A stretch of DNA of 55,605 nucleotides from an uncultured Verrucomicrobiales bacterium (lineage in GTDB: Bacteria; Verrucomicrobiota; Verrucomicrobiia; Verrucomicrobiales; DEV007): the NCBI GenBank assembly GCA_938091905.1, contig CALKOM010000073.1, positions 1 to 55,605 on the forward strand, given 5' to 3'. The notes under the pieces are model-generated. The model had not been told where the DNA came from, searched no databases, and saw nothing but the letters and a program-made list of their open reading frames with translations. Shown here piece by piece: positions 19,291 through 28,443 of this stretch. Position 1 is the first letter of the stretch, and each line of letters begins with the position of its first letter. The position numbers were made by a program, and so were the translations under genes.

Positions 19291-20783
19291 TATTCGATGC
19301 GGAGCTTTTTGAGATAGGCAGCTTGCCTCTCGACTTCCTCTTCCGAGAGCACGCCTTCACCCTTGTATTCAATCTGAATTTCTTTGCTGATGCCAGACTC
19401 TTCGTCTTTGACCCGCGCGTGAACGCGCTGATTCTCATCGTAACTATAGCTCACCTTGACTTTACATCCGGCGGGCCGGCCTTCTGGAACTTGTAGCGTG
19501 ATCCGGCCAATGATGTCCACGTAGCGGGGATCATCATCTTCACCCTGTGTGATATCGACTTCGATCGATGTTTCGTTGTCCTCAGAGGTGGCATAGGTCT
19601 CCGAAATGGAACACGGGAGCGGTGTATTCTTCGGAATCACCACGGAGTTCTGGAGCGACTCCTTCCCAGTCTCTGGATCATCCACAAGAGCTAGCGTTCC
19701 GTAGCCGTGATTGCAAACCTCGGCAACCTTGGCAGCCTTCTTTGCGAAGAGAGCTGCGCCAAGAGCCACGCATTCATCGACATTTCCGCAGGACACGGCC
19801 GTGAAGCCAAACGTGTCTTCTAACGTCCGACGCACCACCGGCATCCGTGTGCTCCCCCCAACAAGAACCACATGATCGATGTCGCAAGGAGTAAGATCCA
19901 CGGCTTCAAGGGCCTGCTCCACCAGCATCACCGTACGCGTGAGGAGGCGCTTGATGGCTCCCTCGAAGAGATCCCGGGTCAACTCCACTCGAGCGAGGCC
20001 CCGATCCTTATTGCCTACAGTCCCGCTGACCTGCTGCAACTTGGACAGCATCTTTTTTGCATCCTCGCCTGATTGCAGTGCTCGACGACGCTCCATTTCA
20101 TTGGTGTAGAGCTCTCCCCCTTTCTGAGTTCGGTATTGCTCAGCGTAGAGATCGAGAATCTCTTCATCGAAATGATTTCCACCAAGATGACGCGCTCCCT
20201 CAGACAGGAGGATACGATAACTATCACTGCTCGAATCGACATCAACAAGCGTGACATCTAACGTACCTCCCCCAAGATCATAAACTAGCACTTTCCCATA
20301 TATCTTCTTAGAGTGCGCATAGTAGAGTGCTGCGGCCGTTGGCTCATTGACAATACGCAAGACATTGAGCCCTGCAATCTTGGCAGCATTGATCGTCGCC
20401 TTGCGCGCCAATTCATTGAAGTTTGCCGGCACGGTGATCACAACATCTTCAAAATCACCCAGAATCGCTGAGCAGTCTCTCTTAAGCTTCGCCAAGATAA
20501 TTGCAGAAATCTCCGTCGGGGTCCACTTCTCGCCATCGATGGTCACGACGAAGTCTGGATCATCCATCCGTCGCTTCACGCCGAAGACCGTTCGGTCAGG
20601 ATCGCCTCCATCCCGTGCCGCAGAACCGACTAGTTTGATCTCTTCGTTTCCATCGAAATACACGACCGATGGGGTCAGGCGCTCTCCGTCAGCATTTGGC
20701 ACGATCTCGGGATTCCCATCGGGGCGCAAATAGGCAAGGCCAGACGTGCTGGTGCCGAGATCGATACCGATGTGTTTACTCAT
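19290..20783 (-). CDS. Hsp70-family protein (non-canonical DnaK paralog, truncated lid)
   Basis: GIDLGTS, TVPANF, RIVNEPTAAA, DLGGGTLD and LVGGSTRMP. SBD-beta VIPKNTPLP...QGE is present. Ends at 497 aa after one helix. Confidence 0.95.
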   Translation of the reverse strand: MSKHIGIDLGTSTSGLAYLRPDGNPEIVPNADGERLTPSVVYFDGNEEIKLVGSAARDGGDPDRTVFGVKRRMDDPDFVVTIDGEKWTPTEISAIILAKLKRDCSAILGDFEDVVITVPANFNELARKATINAAKIAGLNVLRIVNEPTAAALYYAHSKKIYGKVLVYDLGGGTLDVTLVDVDSSSDSYRILLSEGARHLGGNHFDEEILDLYAEQYRTQKGGELYTNEMERRRALQSGEDAKKMLSKLQQVSGTVGNKDRGLARVELTRDLFEGAIKRLLTRTVMLVEQALEAVDLTPCDIDHVVLVGGSTRMPVVRRTLEDTFGFTAVSCGNVDECVALGAALFAKKAAKVAEVCNHGYGTLALVDDPETGKESLQNSVVIPKNTPLPCSISETYATSEDNETSIEVDITQGEDDDPRYVDIIGRITLQVPEGRPAGCKVKVSYSYDENQRVHARVKDEESGISKEIQIEYKGEGVLSEEEVERQAAYLKKLRIE

Positions 20784-20806
20784 GAGCCTGACAGAAGTGA
20801 CCCCAG

Positions 20807-21637
20807 CTACTTCCCGACGATGGTGGCCGTCGTCCGCGTGGTCACGTGAGCCTTCCGCAAGATCACTGGTTTGCTTCCTTCGATACGGCGCACATATCCC
20901 TCATGCAAGGTCTCCACAATGTAGTTCTTTCCGGCTTTGCCCTCGGCTTTGAGGGTTTCCACAACCTGGATCTTCTTGCGCAGATCAACACTGATTTCAG
21001 TGTCAGGATCAAACGAATAAGGTTCCACCTGAAAATCTCCTAACATATCCCGAACAGACTGCTTTAGGACTTCCAGATCCGCTTGCACCTCGTCAACTTT
21101 CTTTACTTCTTTGTATCGATCTAACAACTCATCGATAAGATCGAGACGCTTGATCAGCTCACGACAAACGTCGACCACAGCCACCGTTTCAAGAGCCTCA
21201 CTATTGGCCTTGGTCGGCGGTTTCTGCGTAGCTGCCTTGAGCGTCTCCACATCAATGATAGGGATCACCGGAGCTGGAGCTTCAACATCAGGCCGCCTCA
21301 ACGGCTTCGGCTCTAACGAGAGCACAGGACGTGCCAGCAACAGCGTCGCTTCTAAAATACCGAACTTAATAGCATCCGTTTCCCTCAAGCTCAACTCTTG
21401 GTGTTTCGGCAGCATTGTCCCATTGACTCGAGTTCCATTGTGTGATCCTAAATCCTTGAGCAAGAAAGTTTCGGATTTCTCATCAAAACGAATACTCGCA
21501 TGATATGAGGAGAGATGAGGATCAGGAATCGCAATACCATTGTCTCTCTTTCTCCCTAGCCCAACGTCTACACCCGTTTCAGGAATGTTATAACGGAGAG
21601 GTTCACCTTCCGGATTTGCGACAAAGAGAGTGGCCAT
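20807..21637 (-). CDS. FHA domain fused to GrpE-like C-terminal domain
   Basis: FHA: LGRKRDN...SSYHA...DLGSHNGTRVNG. Pro-rich linker. GrpE-like part: ELIKRLDLIDELL...LEVLKQSVRDMLGDFQVEPY...IVETLHEGY...ILRKAHV. Confidence 0.8.
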   Translation of the reverse strand: MATLFVANPEGEPLRYNIPETGVDVGLGRKRDNGIAIPDPHLSSYHASIRFDEKSETFLLKDLGSHNGTRVNGTMLPKHQELSLRETDAIKFGILEATLLLARPVLSLEPKPLRRPDVEAPAPVIPIIDVETLKAATQKPPTKANSEALETVAVVDVCRELIKRLDLIDELLDRYKEVKKVDEVQADLEVLKQSVRDMLGDFQVEPYSFDPDTEISVDLRKKIQVVETLKAEGKAGKNYIVETLHEGYVRRIEGSKPVILRKAHVTTRTTATIVGK

Positions 21638-21834
21638 GGTTGCTTGGGGCTGCTGGGAGAAGTGACCCTACGATTAACGGTGAATACGAATGCTGTTTAA
21701 ATTAAAGTTCGATCACTTCGAGATCTCAATCGTAACAGACAAAATAGTGAGCACCAGTATCGCGAAAGCTCCATGGAGGAACGTATTGTAGAAGTTCACT
21801 AATTCAAAGCCTGAATTGATCAAAGAGGAGTCGC

Positions 21835-22977
21835 TCAGGCGGTGTGCGCGAGAACAAGATCCCGATTGGGCTGGATCTCCCATCGCCGCCCGATGTCCTC
21901 TAATTCGGGAGTCAGTTGCCACCTATCGGCGAGAACCTCTCCGTCATGATCAGGATTTGCCCCCTTGAGGGCCATGCAGCCTTTGTTGTTCCCTATCTCG
22001 CCAATGAAGACCATTTCCTCTGCAGTGAACTGCACACTCTCCGGCAACTTGGCGAGCTCGGTAATCTTGGCCTCGACAGTCTTGCTAGAATCACCAGGTT
22101 CTTGAATCATCGTCGGAATGACACTTTTGACAGGATTTTGACTAAGGTTCCAGAGACTGGCTAGCTGTATCATGGTGAGGCCATGAGCATCGGCGATTGA
22201 CCTCATACGATCGATCTTCTCAGCTCCCGCTTCCACCCAGCCCGCAGGCCTAAAGGTGCGATGGTCTCGCTCGGGAAACGGATGGCCTGGTCGCACGTCA
22301 TCATGAAAGAGTCCTCCATAGTCAACCACCCGCGTGATCAGATCCACATTGTATTTCTCCGCCGCTGGCAGGACCAATTGTCCCGGCCATGGCTCTAACG
22401 GATTCAGGATCACCATTGCCCAGTCAATCAGCTCACCAAATTTCTCGAAGCAACCGATGACATCCAAGGTAAAGCCGTTGGCAGGCCCCGGAGCGAGTCC
22501 TAGCCGATGCGTCAGACCTACTTCCTTAGCACCTTGAAGGGCATTCCAAACGGCATCGCTCGTGAACCCTACAGAATCGGGATTGTGAAGAAAGAGAAGA
22601 TCAAATTGTTCCAGCCCGATCCGATCAAGCGACTTCTGGGTCGCCGTTTTCACATAGTCAGCATAACCCTCCGGCCCTCGCAGCCGCGCGTCGGTGAATC
22701 GCGGGAACCCCTTACTGCCCTCGCGTTTGCCATTATAGAAATCGTGGCCAATGGCACCTACCAAGCAGTAAGAATCTCGTGGAACATCCTTGAGCGCCTT
22801 GCCCAGCATAGTATCGGCCTCTCCTACCCCATAGGTATCCGCCGTCATAAACGTGCGGATTCCTTCATCGTAAGCATGACGGATGGCGTTCAAATAGCGT
22901 TCTTCGTCAAGTGGGAGGCCGAAATGCATGAAACGGCCACCACTCCAGGTGCCGTAAGCGGTACGAGTAAGATTCAT
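21835..22977 (-). CDS. Aldo/keto reductase
   Basis: YGTW, TADTYG, SLDRIGLEQFDLLFLHNPD; AKR barrel length. Confidence 0.88.
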   Translation of the reverse strand: MNLTRTAYGTWSGGRFMHFGLPLDEERYLNAIRHAYDEGIRTFMTADTYGVGEADTMLGKALKDVPRDSYCLVGAIGHDFYNGKREGSKGFPRFTDARLRGPEGYADYVKTATQKSLDRIGLEQFDLLFLHNPDSVGFTSDAVWNALQGAKEVGLTHRLGLAPGPANGFTLDVIGCFEKFGELIDWAMVILNPLEPWPGQLVLPAAEKYNVDLITRVVDYGGLFHDDVRPGHPFPERDHRTFRPAGWVEAGAEKIDRMRSIADAHGLTMIQLASLWNLSQNPVKSVIPTMIQEPGDSSKTVEAKITELAKLPESVQFTAEEMVFIGEIGNNKGCMALKGANPDHDGEVLADRWQLTPELEDIGRRWEIQPNRDLVLAHTA

Positions 22978-23280
22978 GGTGAGACTAGGACATCAGTCCT
23001 GAGGACCGACAAGCCAGATTTCGAGCTCTTAGGAGTTCGGCGGGTGGAAAAGTAATCAACTTGGGCGGATTCAGGAAACAAAGGCTGTTCAAGCCTAACC
23101 TGTTTCTCTGCAACAAACTTATAGCAAACAACTTATCTTGTATTTCACAATAATAAACATCACTATGATTGTATTCGCAATTATTTAAATTAAACCTTGA
23201 TAATAGTTAGAATTTATGGATATTTAATTACCATCCCGTCACGGGATTGGAAGAATCTCAGCAGTTTGGAGACGACCACC

Positions 23281-23718
23281 ATGAAGCACAAGACAAAGAG
23301 CCCGGGAGGAGGCCAGCAGATGCCACGAATTCTCGTCATCGATGACGATGCCTCTCTTCGAGAGACGATGCGAATTATTCTGCACACATCATTTCGCGTA
23401 ACCACGGTGCCTTCAGTCGACGCAGCCATTGAGGAACTGGGCCACTGCCTACCCGATGGTATCATCATGGATCTCAGCATGCCGATCAAGGATGGCCTCC
23501 AAGGGCTTCGAGAAATCCGGCCGCTCCATCCATCTCTCCCCATCATCATGCTGACCGGATATGCCGACAGCCAGACGAGTCAGCAAGCACTCGAACTTGG
23601 TGCCTCCGAGATCATGCGCAAACCATTCGATCTCGTAGAGCTAATTACCCGCATTAGCAAGATGACCGAAGCTGCTCAGACGACTCAGGCGAAGCAAGAC
23701 TCCGTTGCCGCCGTCTAG
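23281..23718 (+). CDS. Stand-alone response-regulator receiver protein (CheY-like)
   Basis: ILVIDDD, IMDLSMP (Asp acceptor), MLTGY and KPF, with no output domain. Start is 23281 or 23320. Confidence 0.88.
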   Translation: MKHKTKSPGGGQQMPRILVIDDDASLRETMRIILHTSFRVTTVPSVDAAIEELGHCLPDGIIMDLSMPIKDGLQGLREIRPLHPSLPIIMLTGYADSQTSQQALELGASEIMRKPFDLVELITRISKMTEAAQTTQAKQDSVAAV

Positions 23719-25229
23719 AAAGGTCGCTCACCCAAGTCTAGCATCGGCACCAAGCGCAGCCCTTCTTGAATCACACCCTCGGCTTGATCAATTAGCTGGT
23801 CGCCAGCATCATCGATAGCACTACCAGCATTTGGGCCTAACAATCCTGTAGCTGTGTCTAACAACGTCCGACTCGTTTCAATAGCCGCTTCAGGCACGGC
23901 TTCGATAGTCTCCTCGATAGCGGCCTTGCCCAGACGGGGGCTCAGGTCTTCCTCAGGAGCCTCCACAGTACCGCCAAGGCGCATCGTCGTCCAAAGGAAA
24001 CCAGATCTCCCCTCCGTAAAAACGCGTTTCTCAGCTCCAGGCAACCACTTTAGAACATCGTGGACAACGCCAATCTCAAGGACACCTATCAGCGGGCGAG
24101 AACCAGCCTTGGAGAACGCGTGATCGACTTGAATCGAACCTTCCACTCGCAACAGTCCGTCCGACTGTATTAGCAAATTCTCTAACCAAAGCCGGTCTTC
24201 TTTCAACACGAAATCGGCCTCCGCTTTGTCTAACACGAGTCGACGGAAGCGCTCTGTTTTCGTATGATTCGCAAGCTTTTCCAGAACTGGGAGCGCCATG
24301 AGCATCCCATTCTCAAGCCCCACACTACCGGTGTGGGTCAATTTCGTCTCGCTGCCAAAGCGACCCTCGGTTTTGATATCGGCATAAAGCGTTCCTAAGA
24401 TCCGCTGCTTCCAATCCTCACGCCAAATACGATCTCCACGCAACTTGTCCACGCGCGAGCGCAATGTTAGCTGACCCCGCTCCAAGTTCACGTCACCAGC
24501 TGTAGTCAATGATGCATGATTGAGGATCTCTAGCCCAGCATCTGTGATAAAGAACTCCCCGGGACGCAGACGCGCATGGAGACGTTCAAGGTGCATAGGC
24601 TCGTAATCAGCGAGGCGGAGTTCTCCGTTTTGGACATGAAGTTGCCACCCATCATCACCACTCATTGGCGTAAGAGCTACGACAAGATCCGATGCTTTCG
24701 CGTCGCCCCCCTCACCACGCCACTGGCATTCAAAATCGGCAATTTGGATCCCCTTAAGCGCCACCTTCTGAGGGATCAATCGAGCAAGAAATCCGCGAGA
24801 GGAAGGCAGTGCCGGTGGTGGGATCATCTGATTACTTTGCAAGGATCCCAACGCAAGAACCACACGATTGATCGTGATCTCTTCCACATCCCAAGCCTCA
24901 CGCTTGAACGAACTGAAATCGATCGTGGTCCGAATCCCTTGAGCCTCTACTTTCTGCACGGCGTTCTCTCCACGGCCCATGAAGTAATCCGAATAGAACG
25001 AAGCATCCGTCCAGGAGAAGGGCGCGAACTCACCGTCGACTTGCAGAACGCGAGAGACTTTGCTGGCAAGGAACTCACGAAACGCATCACTCCTCAAATA
25101 GCGCTTTGCTAGAATTGTAGCCACGCCCCCCATGAGAATCGGGACCACGACTAGCCCGGCCACCCCCCACCCAATCCAGCGAGCACGAGATGACTTGGCG
25201 GAACGACGGGATCTTCGAGAGCGAGCCAT
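23715..25229 (-). CDS. AsmA-like membrane-anchored periplasmic protein
   Basis: N-terminal TM, long beta-rich body and C-terminal LGGTVEAP motif typical of AsmA-like proteins. Confidence 0.65.
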   Translation of the reverse strand: MARSRRSRRSAKSSRARWIGWGVAGLVVVPILMGGVATILAKRYLRSDAFREFLASKVSRVLQVDGEFAPFSWTDASFYSDYFMGRGENAVQKVEAQGIRTTIDFSSFKREAWDVEEITINRVVLALGSLQSNQMIPPPALPSSRGFLARLIPQKVALKGIQIADFECQWRGEGGDAKASDLVVALTPMSGDDGWQLHVQNGELRLADYEPMHLERLHARLRPGEFFITDAGLEILNHASLTTAGDVNLERGQLTLRSRVDKLRGDRIWREDWKQRILGTLYADIKTEGRFGSETKLTHTGSVGLENGMLMALPVLEKLANHTKTERFRRLVLDKAEADFVLKEDRLWLENLLIQSDGLLRVEGSIQVDHAFSKAGSRPLIGVLEIGVVHDVLKWLPGAEKRVFTEGRSGFLWTTMRLGGTVEAPEEDLSPRLGKAAIEETIEAVPEAAIETSRTLLDTATGLLGPNAGSAIDDAGDQLIDQAEGVIQEGLRLVPMLDLGERPF

Positions 25230-25295
25230 GTTAGACTAATACAGCCCACTAAATCGATCGGCAAGCAGTTGCAAACCCTGCCTCCTCGTCAATCA

Positions 25296-27089
25296 ATGAG
25301 CATGCTTGAACTCAAGGAGGTCTCTTACAGCGCGGAGAAGGATGGCGAAGCTTTCGATATCCTTCACGAATCCTCATTCGCGGTCCCAAAGGGACACTTC
25401 ATGGCCATTGTGGGTCCTTCAGGCTGCGGCAAGACCACCCTGCTCAAAGTGATCGCGGGCATTTTAGAGGAGAGCGCTGGCTGTCTTTACTGGGAAAACC
25501 GCGATCTCGCTGACGATGCTGAACTCGATCCTGCCGAGGTCGGTTATGTGCCACAGTTCAGTGTCGCCTACGAACATCTCACGGTGGAAGAGAGCGTCGA
25601 GAGCGCCGTGGAATTGAGAGTGACCACGGTGAATCGGAGCCATGTGGAGCAAATTGCCGATATCGTCATCGACCAAACCGGACTCGAGGGTATCTCGGAT
25701 CGCCGCGTGAAGGTCCTGAGTGGAGGTCAAAAACGTCGCCTCGGCCTGGCAATGGAGCTCGTGAGCAATCCAAGACTTCTCTTATGTGATGAGGTCACCA
25801 GCGGACTGGACCCACGAAGCGAGAACGAGATTGTTCATCTCCTCCACAGTTTATCAGAGATAGACAATCGGATTGTCATCAATGTCACCCACAGCCTCTC
25901 CAACTTGGAACTATATGATTCCATCCTCGTACTGCATGAAGGTTGTGTCGTCTATCACGGCAAGCCCGATGCTGCCGATCACTATTTCAGCGTGGAGAGC
26001 ACGGAGGACATTTATCCGACACTAGCTCAACGAGACGCTCGCGATTGGCACGCCTCCTGGCAGAAACATAAAAACTCTTATTACGAAAGTCTAGATTTCA
26101 CTGAACCCGCCTCACGAGACAAGGCTATAGGGGAAGATCCCGCCCCAACTGACACCCAGTCACTCGAAGACAGCTTGCAAGAAGCCGATGACCGCCTGCC
26201 CGGTCCGTGGCGCCAGTTCGCGGTGTTATTAAGAAGGCGCTTCACCATTCTGCGGCGTGATCGTGGGCAACTCTTCCTGCAAGCAGCCCTGCTATTTGGA
26301 TTTCCGCTGCTCGTCATCCTTTTCACGCCAGGCCTGTTCGAGTCTAATCAAGGCATGGGAATCCCTCCCATGCCCAATCAGCTCACGCCCACTGAGATCA
26401 TTAATTCCTCAAACATGGCGAACGAAATGACGAAAGCGCAGGACATCGCCGGGCAACAGTTTCGCCTCGGCGTGCTCATCTCAGGTCTCGCCATGTTCCA
26501 GGTCATCCTTTTAGCGCTCATGGGATCTAACAATAGCGCTAGAGAGATCGTGGCCGAACGTCCGATTTACGAGAAGGAGAAACTCGCTGGCCTAAGCCCA
26601 TTGAGCTACCTTATGAGCAAGGTCACCTACCTCGCTCTCGTCTGCCTCGCCCAGAGCGCGTGGATGGCTGGCTTCGTCAATCACTTCACGGTCATGCCCG
26701 GCAGCCTGACACAGCAGTTCATACTTCTCTTTCTCGTCACGGCGTCCATGACCGCGATATGCCTTGCCATCTCATCGCTATCCAGATCGACAGAGCAAGC
26801 CTCACTTCTTAGTGTCTATTTGGTAGGATTCCAGCTTCCGCTTTCAAATGCCGTCCTCGCGCTCCCTGACGTGGTTGCCACTGTAACGCAACCCTTCATC
26901 GCGGCCTACTGGGGTTGGGCAGGCCAACTAGATCATATCATGAAGGAGACCGCTTACGATGTGGGGATTGAGAAGGCTATTCCCACCGGACTGAGCCCGT
27001 TCGAAATCTGCGTGGCTATGCTCAGCGCCCATGTCGCCATCGGGCTCTTCGTGACCTATGTGGGTGCGCATCGCCATCGCTGGGAGTAA
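25296..27089 (+). CDS. Fused ABC transporter ATPase-permease (NBD-TMD, ABCG-like topology)
   Basis: GPSGCGKT, LSGGQ, LLCDEVTSGLD and H-loop VTH. C-terminal ABC-2-type TMD with REIVAER. Confidence 0.92.
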   Translation: MSMLELKEVSYSAEKDGEAFDILHESSFAVPKGHFMAIVGPSGCGKTTLLKVIAGILEESAGCLYWENRDLADDAELDPAEVGYVPQFSVAYEHLTVEESVESAVELRVTTVNRSHVEQIADIVIDQTGLEGISDRRVKVLSGGQKRRLGLAMELVSNPRLLLCDEVTSGLDPRSENEIVHLLHSLSEIDNRIVINVTHSLSNLELYDSILVLHEGCVVYHGKPDAADHYFSVESTEDIYPTLAQRDARDWHASWQKHKNSYYESLDFTEPASRDKAIGEDPAPTDTQSLEDSLQEADDRLPGPWRQFAVLLRRRFTILRRDRGQLFLQAALLFGFPLLVILFTPGLFESNQGMGIPPMPNQLTPTEIINSSNMANEMTKAQDIAGQQFRLGVLISGLAMFQVILLALMGSNNSAREIVAERPIYEKEKLAGLSPLSYLMSKVTYLALVCLAQSAWMAGFVNHFTVMPGSLTQQFILLFLVTASMTAICLAISSLSRSTEQASLLSVYLVGFQLPLSNAVLALPDVVATVTQPFIAAYWGWAGQLDHIMKETAYDVGIEKAIPTGLSPFEICVAMLSAHVAIGLFVTYVGAHRHRWE

Positions 27090-27097
27090 ACCACGCC

Positions 27098-27550
27098 TCA
27101 GCGCTCTTCGTGCTTGGCCTCGCCCCGCAAGGCCGAGCCCACAGCGTGCCAAGCAAGCGTGGCACATTTGATACGCGCAGGAAATCGACGCACTCCGAGC
27201 AGAGCCGTGAGATCCCCTAACACTTCAAGATCCGCCTCTGGTTCCTCGTCTTGAGTCAGCAGTTGGGCGATGTCTGCGATCTTGGCATGGGCCTCGTCTA
27301 CTGAACGGCCCGCCAATTGCAGCGTCATGATAGAGGCCGACGCTCTTGAAATAGCGCAGCCCTCACCAAGGAATTGCACTTTTTCAAGGCTTCCCTCACT
27401 ATCCTTGCACACATAAACCGTGATCCGATCTCCACAGAGTGGATTGAAACCTTCAGCCTGACAATCACAAGGCTCTAGGACACCTTCATTTCGAGGTCGC
27501 CGATTATGCGAGAGAATGATTTCCTGATAAAGATCGTTCAGATCGTCCAT
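27098..27550 (-). CDS. sufU: SUF-system Fe-S assembly protein SufU
   Basis: LYQEIILSH, NPLCGD, GCAISRAS and RIKCATLAW, with the SufU-type insert between Cys2 and Cys3. Confidence 0.92.
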   Translation of the reverse strand: MDDLNDLYQEIILSHNRRPRNEGVLEPCDCQAEGFNPLCGDRITVYVCKDSEGSLEKVQFLGEGCAISRASASIMTLQLAGRSVDEAHAKIADIAQLLTQDEEPEADLEVLGDLTALLGVRRFPARIKCATLAWHAVGSALRGEAKHEER

Positions 27551-27551
27551 G

Positions 27552-28439
27552 CTAAGCAGTTCTGCGCTGATTTAAATATCTCGCCAGCCCATACACGCTC
27601 ATCTGTGTCGGATTCGCTACCTCATAGTTGGCAAGTGCTTTCGAACTGAGTCCTGCTTGCCGAAGCTGTTCAGCCACATGCTCAGCAAACGGAGCAACAA
27701 GGTCTGCAGGCGCTGATTCATCAAATCGCTCAGCCACCCAGTGATGCCAGTCATCCAAGCACTCGCGCAGGGCCGCAAGGTGGGACTCTTTCTCGGAAAC
27801 AGCGCCAAAGTGCGTGAGGTAGAGAGTTTCAGCAGAGCATGCCTGCAAGCGATCTATCGAGTCCATCCACGCCTCCAAATTAATGTCCGGCGGAGGACAT
27901 GGCGGCTGCACCGGCCCTCCGGAAAGAGAAACACCGGCAGCGTCCCCGGCAAAAAGCGCATCCTCGCCACACTGCCAGGCGATGTGGTGTTTGGCATGAC
28001 CTGGAGTGTGCCAAGCTGTGAACAACGTCTGGCCAACCTGAATCTCTTCTTCGTGATCACAGGCATGAATTTGAGCGGGTGAGATACAACGCATCTCACC
28101 CCACAGCTGCTCCATTGCATCGCCAAAGACACGTTTCGCCGACTTCCAAAGGACCTCTGGATCGGCGAGATGACTCTGCCCGAACGGGTGAACATGAATC
28201 GTTGCCCCATGCTCGGCGAAGCGCCAAGCGGCTCCCGCATGATCGAAATGGATATGCGTTAGAAAAACATGTTGGATGTCTGTGAGGACGAAGCCAGCTT
28301 GCTGCACGCCTATTTCCAGCGACTCTAAGGTCGTCGCTGGTCCGGACTCGACAAGAACAGGACCTACAGCAGTCTCGATCAGGAAGGCCGCAATCGTTCC
28401 TGGGTGCCCCTGAAAGTTGAGATCAATCGTGTGAATCAT
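27552..28439 (-). CDS. MBL-fold metallo-hydrolase
   Basis: THIHFDHAG, TPGHAKHH, FAGD and THFG metal-binding motifs. Confidence 0.92.
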   Translation of the reverse strand: MIHTIDLNFQGHPGTIAAFLIETAVGPVLVESGPATTLESLEIGVQQAGFVLTDIQHVFLTHIHFDHAGAAWRFAEHGATIHVHPFGQSHLADPEVLWKSAKRVFGDAMEQLWGEMRCISPAQIHACDHEEEIQVGQTLFTAWHTPGHAKHHIAWQCGEDALFAGDAAGVSLSGGPVQPPCPPPDINLEAWMDSIDRLQACSAETLYLTHFGAVSEKESHLAALRECLDDWHHWVAERFDESAPADLVAPFAEHVAEQLRQAGLSSKALANYEVANPTQMSVYGLARYLNQRRTA

Positions 28440-28443
28440 CAGT

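Noticed and set aside
19290..20783. Calling this gene dnaK
   Set aside because: It is too short, lacks the lid and the DVLLLDV linker, and its partners are non-canonical.
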